A stretch of DNA of 64,000 nt from Methanotrichaceae archaeon (GTDB lineage Archaea > Halobacteriota > Methanosarcinia > Methanotrichales > Methanotrichaceae), in the NCBI GenBank assembly GCA_963803145.1, contig CAWDLW010000012.1, positions 128,001 through 192,000 on the forward strand. Direction: 5' to 3'. The stretch's first letter is position 1, and each line of letters begins with the position of its first letter. The position numbers were made by a program, and so were the translations under genes. The notes below the pieces were generated by a model. The model had not been told where the DNA came from, did no database searches, and was given only the letters and a program-made list of their open reading frames with translations. This document shows, piece by piece, positions 21,317 through 31,190 of the stretch.

Positions 21317-22192
21317 TCAGCTTTTGCTGATCATAGTGCCCACGCCTTCGTTTGTCAAAAGCTCAAGAAGAATTGCATGAGATTTCCTGCCATCGATAAT
21401 ATGTGCCTTATCAACGCCGCCCTGGACAACACGCACGCAGGCTTCTACCTTTGGAATCATTCCACCTTTAATAACTCCGCTTTGAACCAGCCTCTCAAAA
21501 TCAGATATAGGAAACTCCGAGATTACTGAATTCGGATCATCAGGATTCATGCGGACGCCCTCAACATCGGTTATAGAAAAGAACTTCTTGGCGCGGAGGG
21601 AGATAGCGATCGCGCCAGCTGCAGTATCCGCGTTCACATTCAGATTGTTGCCTTCATTATCGGCGGCTATCGGAGAAACCACAGGAATGTAGCCTTTGCC
21701 TGCCATGATCATTAGTATCTCAGGGTCCACATCCTCCACCTCTCCTACCCATCCAAGATCCACAGGCTCTTTCCCTTGAATTTTGACAGGCGCCTTTTTC
21801 CTGGCCTTTAGAAACATCCCATCCTGGCCGGATAATCCAATGCCCTTTCCGCCATACTTTCCTATCATTGATACCAGTTCGGCGTTAATATTGCCTAGAA
21901 GAACCATGCGGGCGATCTCCAGCGTCTCTTTATCCGTGACCCTCAGTCCGCTCACAAACTCCGCCTTCTTTCCGAACTTCTCCATGGCCTCTGAGATCTC
22001 AGGCCCTCCACCGTGGACTATTATCGGCTGAATGCCGATGTAACGCAAGAGAACGATGTCTTCAATAAAATCCTCCAAGACGTCCTTGTTTGACATTATG
22101 GAGCCGCCGATCTTGAAGACCATGATTGAGTCGTAGAACTCACGGATATAGGGCAAAGCTTCGATCAGGACCTGTTCTTTCTTAGCCGACAC
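21317..22192 (-). CDS. argB: Acetylglutamate kinase
   Basis: EALPYI, KIGGS, VHGGGP, NVNADTAA, GGMIPK. Confidence 0.95.
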   Translation of the reverse strand: MSAKKEQVLIEALPYIREFYDSIMVFKIGGSIMSNKDVLEDFIEDIVLLRYIGIQPIIVHGGGPEISEAMEKFGKKAEFVSGLRVTDKETLEIARMVLLGNINAELVSMIGKYGGKGIGLSGQDGMFLKARKKAPVKIQGKEPVDLGWVGEVEDVDPEILMIMAGKGYIPVVSPIAADNEGNNLNVNADTAAGAIAISLRAKKFFSITDVEGVRMNPDDPNSVISEFPISDFERLVQSGVIKGGMIPKVEACVRVVQGGVDKAHIIDGRKSHAILLELLTNEGVGTMISKS

Positions 22193-22240
22193 TTTCCATC
22201 TCCTACTATTCTGCTTTCACTATCCTTCCTTACCATATCT

Positions 22241-23953
22241 TTAATCTATGGACATCAGCACATCGCCGGGGGAAACGGTTATGCCCTCTTCAACGTAGAT
22301 CTCCTTGATCATGCCGTCTTTGTTGGCAAATACGTTATTTTCCATCTTCATTGCCTCAAGTATTGCCACTATATCCCCTTTAGCGACCTTATCGCCTTTC
22401 TTCACCTTATATTTGATGATGACACCCTGCATAGGAACAGTGACACCATTTGTCGGTGCCTTGGGCTGGACCTCCTGAATTGTCATGCCTGCAGGCGCGA
22501 CCTTGACAAGATATGCCTCCCCATCGACTTCGATATTGAACGCCATGGGTTCGGCCTTGATATTTGATGTTGATGAAGCAGGTGCCGTGGGCTGCTTCTT
22601 AACAAGAGGCTCTTCTACTGCTGTGCCCTGCAGAAACTTCACTGCAACCTGTGGATAGAGTGCATATGTGAGGTAATCCTCCTCCTTCTTGGCAATGCCG
22701 AGCGCATCCAGCTCCTTCTTGGCCTTCTCGTACTCAGGCTTAAGAAGATCAGCTGGCCTGACTGTTATTGGCTCCTCATCGCAGAGCACCTTTAGCCTGA
22801 CCTTTGGATCGATCATGCCAGGAGACTTTCCATAAAGCCCCTTTACATAGTCCTTGACCTCTTTGGGAACCATCTTGTACCTATCGCCTGTGATAACATT
22901 GAGCACTGCTTGAGTTCCGACAATCTGGCTGGTCGGCGTCACAAGCGGCGGATAGCCCAGGTCCTTCCTGACCTTGGGAATCTCGGCCAACACGTCTTCA
23001 TATTTATCAAGGGCCTTCTGCTCTATTAGCTGAGAGACAAGGTTTGATAGCATGCCTCCGGGAACCTGATAAGCAAGCACATTAGTATCAACACGGGCAG
23101 AAATGGGGTTAAATACTGAAGAATATATCTCCATTACCTTCTCGAAGTATCTCTTGATCTCTGTAAGGGCGCCTAGATCCAGTCCAGTATCATAGAATGT
23201 ACCTTGGAGTGCAGCCACTACGCTTTCAGTCGAAGGCTGAGATGTGCCTCCTGATAGAGGCGATATCGCTGTATCTAATATATCGACACCCGCTTGACAT
23301 GCACGGAAATAGCTCATCTGGGCCATGCCGCTTGTGCAATGGGTGTGGAGGTCTACGGGCAGGTTGACCTCCTTCTTAATGGCCGTGATAAGGTTGTAAG
23401 CATTCTCAGGCGTGATAAGCCCAGCCATATCCTTGATGCAAATAGAATCAGAGCCGAGCCCAGCCAGCTTGGAAGCAAAATCAGTAAACTGCTCGATTGT
23501 ATGAACTGGGCTTATGGTATAGCTTATTGATCCCTGGACATGGGCACCCATACGCTTGGCGACTTCGATCGATTTCTCCATATTTCTGATATCGTTAACA
23601 GCATCAAAGATCCTGAATATATCGACGCCATTCACTGAAGCTTTCTCAACGAATTTCTCAACTACATCGTCAGAATAATGCCTATATCCGACAAGGTTCT
23701 GCCCACGAAGAAGCATCTGCATCGGAGTTTTAGGCATAGCCTTCTTTAGTGCACGCAAGCGCTCCCAAGGATCTTCATTCAGGTACCTAATGCAGGTATC
23801 GAAGGTAGCGCCGCCCCACATCTCCAGAGAGAAAAATCCGATCTCATCCATAGCCTCTGCTATTGGGAGCATATCCCTTGTTCTCATCCTAGTAGCCAGA
23901 AGCGATTGGTGAGCATCTCTGAAAGCCGTATCAGTAAGTTTTACCCTGCCCAT
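22241..23953 (-). CDS. pycB: Pyruvate carboxylase subunit B (carboxyltransferase + biotin carrier)
   Basis: RDAHQSL, WGGATFD, IKDMAG, LHTHCT, EAMKM biotinylation motif. Confidence 0.92.
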   Translation of the reverse strand: MGRVKLTDTAFRDAHQSLLATRMRTRDMLPIAEAMDEIGFFSLEMWGGATFDTCIRYLNEDPWERLRALKKAMPKTPMQMLLRGQNLVGYRHYSDDVVEKFVEKASVNGVDIFRIFDAVNDIRNMEKSIEVAKRMGAHVQGSISYTISPVHTIEQFTDFASKLAGLGSDSICIKDMAGLITPENAYNLITAIKKEVNLPVDLHTHCTSGMAQMSYFRACQAGVDILDTAISPLSGGTSQPSTESVVAALQGTFYDTGLDLGALTEIKRYFEKVMEIYSSVFNPISARVDTNVLAYQVPGGMLSNLVSQLIEQKALDKYEDVLAEIPKVRKDLGYPPLVTPTSQIVGTQAVLNVITGDRYKMVPKEVKDYVKGLYGKSPGMIDPKVRLKVLCDEEPITVRPADLLKPEYEKAKKELDALGIAKKEEDYLTYALYPQVAVKFLQGTAVEEPLVKKQPTAPASSTSNIKAEPMAFNIEVDGEAYLVKVAPAGMTIQEVQPKAPTNGVTVPMQGVIIKYKVKKGDKVAKGDIVAILEAMKMENNVFANKDGMIKEIYVEEGITVSPGDVLMSID

Positions 23954-24445
23954 GAAGGTCTTCTCCTACAACCTTGTACTTAAACCTCTTCAATCTTGCA
24001 GACGAATATGGCTCGTTTAATTGGTCTCTCGCCGCTGTTCATAGCATTTTGACCGGCGATGAAACTATAGGATCTCTGAAGAGATCGCCGTTAGATCTTA
24101 ATTCTCCAGCAGTGGCCACGATGTGTTATATAAATCTGGTGGATTCGATCGTGATCGTAATTGATTGTAATTCATAGGGCCGAATTTATATAAGGCCCGA
24201 TAATTCTATGTTTGCTTCATCTGCCCAATCAGACTCTGCAGATTTACCTCTGATTAAAGATCTGCTGCATATCAAAGCAAATGTGACCAAATAAACTCTG
24301 ATTATAGCTAATTTTAGAACGCCTCACAACCATACCAAGATTCGCATCGCGAAGGTTATATATTCAAATTCTAATCAGCCATCTACAAGGCTTCCCGGGT
24401 TTTGGGCATGGGCTACAAACTATTTCTCATTTCATAGCGCTCAGC

Positions 24446-24515
24446 CTTACTGTGATACTCTTACTGTAATACTCTTACAGTAATACTCTTGCCGTAATAC
24501 TCTTGCCGTAATACT
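24446..24515. repeat. Tandem repeat, 5 x 14 bp (CTTRCHGTRATACT)
   Basis: cttactgtgatact/cttactgtaatact/cttacagtaatact/cttgccgtaatact/cttgccgtaatact. Confidence 0.9.
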
Positions 24516-24982
24516 ATTAGTGTTCAATAGTGTCCAAAGAGCACTTTAGGATGCTTTTATAGACCAAATGGAGATCTTGAATTTATATCTAGAACATAAA
24601 TCCGGAACCCTTTGGTAAAACAAGCTTTAGCCCTAAATGATCAATTTTGCTAGTGTTTCCTCTGTATGATCAGAAAAAGTTATAAATTATCGAGTAATAC
24701 ACTTATGATATAGTAAAAGATGGAATTCGAAGAGTAATGGTGAAGTTCGCGAAGTACAATCACCTCGCCGGATCTCATCTGGGCCGGACACGCTGGAAAG
24801 ATCTAAACCACGGCCGTCTAAGCACAACTGAAGTAATCTTGTTTAGCTGGTTTATTACTAAGATAATAAATCTGAGTCCATGTTCTGACTCTATCAGAAG
24901 CGATTTATACAGATGTGTACAGTTTTGGAATACAAGTGTCTATTAATAATATGAGAGCCTTGTATTTGTTTGGAGATAAAGC

Positions 24983-25390
24983 ATGAGACTTAGAGTAGTA
25001 AGTTCAAGAACTGAGATTCCGGGCCTAAGCCCAAATGAGAAGATGATTCACCTAGCATTCAGGGCATCAAACGTTGATTTCCTTAACTTGATGCAGAAAT
25101 GTCCAAGGCTCAGAATGATCCAGGTACCTCCCTCCTACAAAAAGACCATGTCCAACGCAATCCAGGTATTTTTGGATATGCAGGGCATTGAACTCCTTGA
25201 GGGCGATGTTTGGGGCCACAGAAAGGACCTCGACGAGTACTTCACAGTTGAAGATACAACTATGGAGGAGATCCGCGCCCTTGCAGCCAGCGGTGTAAGC
25301 ACTGATGAGGTTGCAGCCCAGATCCAGAAGAAGGCAAGGCTCGGACCGGACCTGATCAAGTACATAGCCAAGACAAAGCTGACAGCATAA
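24983..25390 (+). CDS. DUF1699 family protein (copy 1)
   Basis: MRLRVVSS..NEKMIHLAFRASN..CPRL..EGDVWGHRKDLDEY. Confidence 0.88.
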   Translation: MRLRVVSSRTEIPGLSPNEKMIHLAFRASNVDFLNLMQKCPRLRMIQVPPSYKKTMSNAIQVFLDMQGIELLEGDVWGHRKDLDEYFTVEDTTMEEIRALAASGVSTDEVAAQIQKKARLGPDLIKYIAKTKLTA

Positions 25391-25884
25391 GCCAGACTTA
25401 GAGCTGGCTTCATAATTTCCCTCCCTCATACCCAACTATTTTTTCAGATTCTTGTTACCCTATTCGGCATAATTCCTGAACACATTTGTTCATTTGATCA
25501 GGTGATTATGAGCCTTTGTGATCCTGTATGAATTCCTTCTGGCATTATTGCCTAAAAAGCAGTATACAACATCTTCCTAAACCGGCACACTTCGGGTAAT
25601 GTATGCAGGAATAAGCATATACAAGCATATAAGCGTGCACATAAAAAAGCATAATGAAATGAATAAGCATCATGATATAAGGGGTCCACCGCTCTATGCA
25701 TAAGCGATATATCTCTGCCTATCTTTTATTATTCTATGAATATTGTCAGTTTTAGTATCATTCAATCTGACATAAACCTATTTATTCCTATGTTTATCGT
25801 CGGCAAATACCGATCTATTCAGAAGTGTACATTACAAGTGTCTATTAATAATATGATAAACTCTTTCATTAATTGGAGATTAAA

Positions 25885-26292
25885 ATGAGACTTAGAGTAG
25901 TCAGCTCAAAGAATGAGATATCAAGTTTGAACCCCAACGAGAAGATGATTCACCTAGCATTCAGGGCATCAAATGTTGATTTCCTTAACCTTTTGCAGAG
26001 TTGTCCAAGACTCAGAATGATCCAGGTACCTCCTTCTTACAGAAAGACCATGTCCAACGCAATCCTGGTGTTCTTGGATATGCAGGGCATTGAGCTCCTT
26101 GAGGGCGATGTTTGGGGCCACAGAAAGGACCTCGACGAGTACTTCACAGTTGAAGATACAACTATGGAGGAGATCCGCGCCCTTGCGGCCAGCGGTGTAA
26201 GCACTGATGAGGTTGCAGCCCAGATCCAGAAGAAGGCTAAGCTCGGACCCGATCTGATCAAGTACATAGCTAAGGACAAGGTTACTGTATAA
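25885..26292 (+). CDS. DUF1699 family protein (copy 2)
   Basis: Near-identical paralogue of 24983-25390. Confidence 0.88.
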   Translation: MRLRVVSSKNEISSLNPNEKMIHLAFRASNVDFLNLLQSCPRLRMIQVPPSYRKTMSNAILVFLDMQGIELLEGDVWGHRKDLDEYFTVEDTTMEEIRALAASGVSTDEVAAQIQKKAKLGPDLIKYIAKDKVTV

Positions 26293-26410
26293 ATCAATAA
26301 ATCAGATTTAGGTCGGCACTCAAGCGGGCTTCTTTTTCCTCTTATAATCTTTTAGGGAATCTACTCATATTGAGTTGTAGAGTATAGAAACCATAACTAG
26401 ACAAAACAAC

Positions 26411-26495
26411 TCATCACAGAGACACAGAGAAAAATACAAAAAGGCTCTGGATAATAATATTAAAATCTCTCTGTGCCTCTGCGTCTCTGTGGTGA
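26411..26495. repeat. REP/MITE-like inverted repeat
   Basis: TCATCACAGAGACACAGAG ... CTCTGTGCCTCTGCGTCTCTGTGGTGA (17/19 inverted match). Confidence 0.7.
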
Positions 26496-26710
26496 ATACG
26501 TATAGGCTCACTACAAAGCACGATTTTATGGATGGCCAAATCAGGGGCGGCCACTTTAAGCGCTTAGGTTATAGATCGTAAAAGATTAGATCAACTAAAT
26601 TGTGGTAGACTACCGGCTTTTAACAATGTTGTAAAGAGTTCTCTTTTCGACATGGGACCATATGTTTGACTCTTTTCAATTCGGTTTAATCGCTTTTGTT
26701 CAACTCGGTT

Positions 26711-26762
26711 TAACCGCAATTTCTAATCGCAATTTCTAACCGCAATTCCTAACCGTTATTTC
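26711..26762. repeat. Tandem repeat, 4 x 13 bp (TAAYCGYWATTYC)
   Basis: taaccgcaatttc/taatcgcaatttc/taaccgcaattcc/taaccgttatttc, preceded by two TTCAAYTCGGTTTAAYCGC copies. Confidence 0.8.
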
Positions 26763-27421
26763 TTATTTGCTCCCAGCTCCAATAGCAGTTGTGAGAATCG
26801 TTCTGGCATGGAAGCCATTGGCACGTGGGATGTCGTGAGCTCAATATAGTTCCATCCTTTTCCATCAGCTGCAATTTTTTGACGGGCACCTTTAGTAACG
26901 ATAGCAAACTCGCTTTCCGTACAGAGGATATAGGTTTTAGGCAGCATCTGTATCTTCTGTGTATCATAATGCAGTTTTTCCACATAGGCTGATGCTTTCT
27001 CCAGTCCAGCAAACGACATAGGATCACACCCGCTGGAGGCAAAAAGGTCAAATAGCGATTGTCCCGGACTGGGCAGTGCCGCATCAACATACACCAGACG
27101 GCTGATTCTCTCCGGCATCCTGGCCGCGACACCTGTTATAACCATGCCGCCGTAGCTGTGCCCGACAAGTATTGCATCCTCCAAATTATTATCGATAATT
27201 ATGGTGCATATTTGGTCAATGTGCCCTGTCAGATTGCTCGTGTGTTCATCCATAAGCGTTGGCGCAAAAACACGACAGTTCTGTGCCTCGAGAACAGGAA
27301 TAATGCTATTCCATATTCTGCCGCCCAGCGTGCCGCCAGATGGATAAACCTCCTTCTTGGCAAGTTTATTCCAGGTATCTGTAGACATATTACCGCCATG
27401 GACAAGAACATAAGTGCTCAT
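26756..27421 (-). CDS. Alpha/beta hydrolase (esterase-like)
   Basis: YVLVHGG, VGHSYGG nucleophile motif, TSHVPM. Confidence 0.88.
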   Translation of the reverse strand: MSTYVLVHGGNMSTDTWNKLAKKEVYPSGGTLGGRIWNSIIPVLEAQNCRVFAPTLMDEHTSNLTGHIDQICTIIIDNNLEDAILVGHSYGGMVITGVAARMPERISRLVYVDAALPSPGQSLFDLFASSGCDPMSFAGLEKASAYVEKLHYDTQKIQMLPKTYILCTESEFAIVTKGARQKIAADGKGWNYIELTTSHVPMASMPERFSQLLLELGANKK

Positions 27422-27523
27422 CGGCTCATCCCTCATGAAGGCAAATTGCCTATGAAAAGAAAAAGGTTTCCCGCCAAATGAGGAATTTGGCTTCAATTCT
27501 AAGTGGATTATCTTTCCCAATTG

Positions 27524-28219
27524 TTATATTATGCCCGTTCCCGATGTTTTCAGGGTATCTATGGGAGGAACAGGCGGCTCAGGCTGCGGATTGAGCGAAA
27601 CACGTTCGAGGCCGCTCGTTGGTTTTCCCAGATTTGATGACATAAAAAGATCCGGGAAATTGGGATGAAGATCTATACTTGATGCATTCAATTCATTCAT
27701 GTCAACCTTCTTCCCGGTCGTTTTGAGGTCAGACATCGCATAGGTCTCTGTCCTCGTCCATTTTGTGCCGCTGAAGCCACCGGTCTCCTGAACCAAAGTT
27801 ATCTTATCGTTTGATTCAATGCCCAAAGTCAAGGAGCCGCTGCCTAAGCTACTGCCTTTTGGAACATCCATCCAATTAATCTCGATTGTGCTGCCAGTAA
27901 TCTTGCCGTAAGCAACATTTGTTCTGGATTGATCTGAAGGCTCTCCAAGCCATGCGAGCGTATTTCCTATCTGTCTGATATAGTACTTGCTTCCATCATC
28001 GCAGTTCCAGGTGCCTGTCAAATCGATAGATGCGGCATCTGTATTGAAGTCAGAATCCTGCTTCACTTGGCTGGTATCGGGCATGGCCTGAATGTGTGTA
28101 CTTCCGGCATCAAAGGTGTTGTTACTGTCTGTATCTGAGCCCAAACAGACCGGTAAAAGAATAATTGCGCCTAAAAATAGCGCCATCAGCTTTCCGATAA
28201 TCGATCTTATTGGTGCCAT
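27524..28219 (-). CDS. Secreted hypothetical protein with beta-rich domain and C-terminal SLNPQPEPP motif
   Basis: Signal peptide; LTGTWNCDDGSKYYIRQIG...WMDVPKG; VSLNPQPEPP. Confidence 0.7.
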   Translation of the reverse strand: MAPIRSIIGKLMALFLGAIILLPVCLGSDTDSNNTFDAGSTHIQAMPDTSQVKQDSDFNTDAASIDLTGTWNCDDGSKYYIRQIGNTLAWLGEPSDQSRTNVAYGKITGSTIEINWMDVPKGSSLGSGSLTLGIESNDKITLVQETGGFSGTKWTRTETYAMSDLKTTGKKVDMNELNASSIDLHPNFPDLFMSSNLGKPTSGLERVSLNPQPEPPVPPIDTLKTSGTGII

Positions 28220-28311
28220 AAATCAACCCCCGTTCACGTGCTGGTTTTATTACTACTAATATCTTCCTCCAATAAGAAAAGTTCATCTCACCTCAGGCTC
28301 ATGTCCAACAC

Positions 28312-29472
28312 ATGAAATGTGACGTGCTGGTGGTTGGCGCATCGCCAGCAGGCATTATGGCTTCGATCTCTGCAGCACGAGCGGGATCAAACGTTATTAT
28401 GATAGATAGAGATCTCGATAGCCTGAATCATCCTGCAAATACCATTTTCGAAGGGATGGCCTCGCGTGCCGGGCTTGAGATCAACGATAGCTATGTGCTG
28501 AAGACGCTTAAGGGCATGCACATACTCTCTCCATCAGGCTATGCTGTAACAATACCGGCAAAGGGCTACTTCCTGGATAGAAAAATGTTTGATGATCATT
28601 ATATCAGTATAGCTGAAGACGCCGGAGTAACTTTGCATCAATGTACAGCCACGCGCATTAAGCTGACCGATGGCATAAGATTTGTTTCAACCAGCATTGG
28701 CGACATCGAGGCGAAAATTGTAGTGGATGCAACAGGTGTTAAGCCGGCTCTTGCGGCCGAGGCTGGACTATCCCCCATGCGCCATCCGAATGATATCGCC
28801 TGGGCAATGGAGGCAACGGTTCAGCATCCGTGTCTGGGAGAGGAGGATTTTTTCCAGTACTGGATAGGCAGCATGGCCCCAGGCTGGAAGGCAACATTCT
28901 CGCCTGCCGGAGGCGATATCGCAACGCTGGGCGTATTTGTCAGGGGCCATGGATCAGATGTTAAACCGTTCTTTCGCAGATTCCTGAGCCACTTCAAGCA
29001 GTACAAATTGAAGGCCTATAGAGATATCGAGAATATGAGGATACTATCTGCACACATAGGCGGCGATCCAATTGCTGTCTTACCTCACGAGATTGTTTCA
29101 GACGGCTTCATGGTTGTAGGCGGAGCTGCAGGTCAGAGCGGTCTCGCATATTCAATGCGGGCAGGTGCGATCTGCGGCGAAGTAGCGTCAAATGCTATCT
29201 TGGATGGCGATGTATCGCACAGGGCACTGACAAGATATGAGCGTCTCTGGCGGTCTGAATTCTACTGGGAGTACCGCCTGGGGAGAGCAGCTCTTGAGAC
29301 ACTGCGATATTTAAAGGATGATGAGATCGATCGGCTTGTTCAGGGAATGTCAGGCAAAGGCCTGATAACAGATGGGCCGCTTTACAAAAAAGCTGTTAAT
29401 GGAGCAATGTTGGCTGCATCTATCAGGCCTAGAATTACGTTCGATCTCATCCTGAACTTGGCAAGGAGTTGA
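28312..29472 (+). CDS. Geranylgeranyl reductase family FAD-dependent oxidoreductase
   Basis: DVLVVGASPAG, LDRKMFD, VVDATG, VGGAAG. Confidence 0.8.
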   Translation: MKCDVLVVGASPAGIMASISAARAGSNVIMIDRDLDSLNHPANTIFEGMASRAGLEINDSYVLKTLKGMHILSPSGYAVTIPAKGYFLDRKMFDDHYISIAEDAGVTLHQCTATRIKLTDGIRFVSTSIGDIEAKIVVDATGVKPALAAEAGLSPMRHPNDIAWAMEATVQHPCLGEEDFFQYWIGSMAPGWKATFSPAGGDIATLGVFVRGHGSDVKPFFRRFLSHFKQYKLKAYRDIENMRILSAHIGGDPIAVLPHEIVSDGFMVVGGAAGQSGLAYSMRAGAICGEVASNAILDGDVSHRALTRYERLWRSEFYWEYRLGRAALETLRYLKDDEIDRLVQGMSGKGLITDGPLYKKAVNGAMLAASIRPRITFDLILNLARS

Positions 29473-29517
29473 AAGACTTAGAAAAGCCCTTTATCTATCG
29501 AGATAAATGGTCCTTCT

Positions 29518-30042
29518 ATGATTGAGCTGTCGAGCGATCCTTACGTTTTAAAGCCCAGAATAGCGCCGATAAGTGAGGCCGACTTCAGGCTACACCTGAA
29601 TATAAGTTGGTGTCGCGGTGTTCTCTTCAATGTTGTGGCCCTCAAGAACTCCTTAGCCATAGTGGAATATGATGCACTGCTCTGGTCCGATGACGCGATA
29701 ATGTTTATTGAGTACAAGGACTCTGTCACGGCCTATAAGGGCTTATCCTCTCGTCGCGTCCAGCAGATGAATAGCTTCGCCAAGAATATCGCTCGTGGTC
29801 TTGGCTATAAAAATTATGTGTTTGTGGTAGTTGTAAAAGGGCTAGACGAGGGAACAAATAAGGGTGGTGTAGAAGTGCTTCCTCTTTATTCTCTCGGAAA
29901 TTACCAGCCTAAGTTTTCCTCAACCATCGCAGAGCTTGAGTACCTGGATAAGGTGATAGGAAAATACTCTCGCGATGGCAAAGAGGATGTTGTCAAGGAG
30001 CTTGAAAAGCTGAAAAAGATCTTTGAGATGGAACAGCCCTGA
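29518..30042 (+). CDS. Hypothetical protein, possible PD-(D/E)XK/NERD-like fold
   Basis: EYDALLWSDDAIMFIEYK motif. Confidence 0.5.
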   Translation: MIELSSDPYVLKPRIAPISEADFRLHLNISWCRGVLFNVVALKNSLAIVEYDALLWSDDAIMFIEYKDSVTAYKGLSSRRVQQMNSFAKNIARGLGYKNYVFVVVVKGLDEGTNKGGVEVLPLYSLGNYQPKFSSTIAELEYLDKVIGKYSRDGKEDVVKELEKLKKIFEMEQP

Positions 30043-30058
30043 GGGAGATCTGGAGATC

Positions 30059-30910
30059 TTGAGGGGATACGCAACTGTCAATGGCGCTGCAACCATACTA
30101 AACGCTGTCGCCATCTGGAAGGGCTCAGCCTTTGGAATCGATCTCAAGACCTCAGCTGAGGTTGAGCTGAACTCCACGGCTCGCATCAAGGGTGATGTGC
30201 CAGGTGTAGACACGCGGCTTATTGAACGCTCTGTTGAGTTGGTTCTCAAACGATTCGGCAACAGCTATGGAGGGGTTGTTCGCACATGGAGCGAGATTCC
30301 AGTTGCAAGCGGCCTTAAGAGCAGCAGTGCAGCCGCAAATGCAACAGTGCTCGCTACCCTCGATGCGCTGGACGAAGAGATGGACCTGATCGAGGCTGCG
30401 AAGATTGGTGTCCAGGCTGCACGCGATACAGGTGTTACCATAACCGGTGCCCTCGATGACGCGCTTGCATCTATTCTTGGCGGAGTAGTAGTAACTGATA
30501 ACAGAGAGATGGAACTCTTAAAGCGTGAAGAACTTGAGTCGGATGTGTTGCTGCTTGTTCCCAATAGAAAGCTGCTCTCGAAAGACACAGATGTCAAAAG
30601 ATCTAGACTGATTGCGCCCCTTGCCGAGCTGTCTTTTGAATTGGCTATGAAAGGCGACTTTAGCAGAGCCATGACGCTAAATGGGTTCATCTATTGTGGT
30701 GCCCTTGGCCTTTCTGTCGAGCCAATGCTGCTCGCTCTAGAGGCAGGGGCATGGGGTGCGAGCCTTTCAGGCACAGGTCCATCCTACGCAAGCTTGATCG
30801 ATGATGACAAGATCGATATGCTTGAGGCCGTTTGGATGGGTCTGGGCGGAAAAGTGATAAGGACAAAGGTTAATAATCGCAATGGAATTATGGGCAAGGG
30901 GTACGATTGA
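30059..30910 (+). CDS. aroK: Archaeal (GHMP-family) shikimate kinase
   Basis: GAATILNA, IPVASGLKSSSAA, TITGALDDA, LSGTGP; TTG start assumed. Confidence 0.92.
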   Translation: MRGYATVNGAATILNAVAIWKGSAFGIDLKTSAEVELNSTARIKGDVPGVDTRLIERSVELVLKRFGNSYGGVVRTWSEIPVASGLKSSSAAANATVLATLDALDEEMDLIEAAKIGVQAARDTGVTITGALDDALASILGGVVVTDNREMELLKREELESDVLLLVPNRKLLSKDTDVKRSRLIAPLAELSFELAMKGDFSRAMTLNGFIYCGALGLSVEPMLLALEAGAWGASLSGTGPSYASLIDDDKIDMLEAVWMGLGGKVIRTKVNNRNGIMGKGYD

Positions 30911-31188
30911 GTCTGCTTGAGCATCGTCAAGAGGTCGCAAAGATCGATGAAAGGATAATAAGGCTGATCCAGCAGCGTGTTGAAATCTCAAAAGAAATTT
31001 TCCTGGCCAAGAAATTAGAGGGCAGAGGGATATATGATCCTGAGCAGGAAAAGCTGGTTTTGACGAGGGCAAATGATATGGCAATAGAGCTTGACCTCGA
31101 TTCGGTCGCAGTAAGGGATATATTCCAGATACTGATTAGGATGAGCCTCCAGAAACAGCATGAGCTACAGGGAGATGAGCAGGAGTAA
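30907..31188 (+). CDS. Chorismate mutase (AroQ type)
   Basis: [25 protein letters not shown]. Confidence 0.88.
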   Translation: MSLLEHRQEVAKIDERIIRLIQQRVEISKEIFLAKKLEGRGIYDPEQEKLVLTRANDMAIELDLDSVAVRDIFQILIRMSLQKQHELQGDEQE

Positions 31189-31190
31189 CA

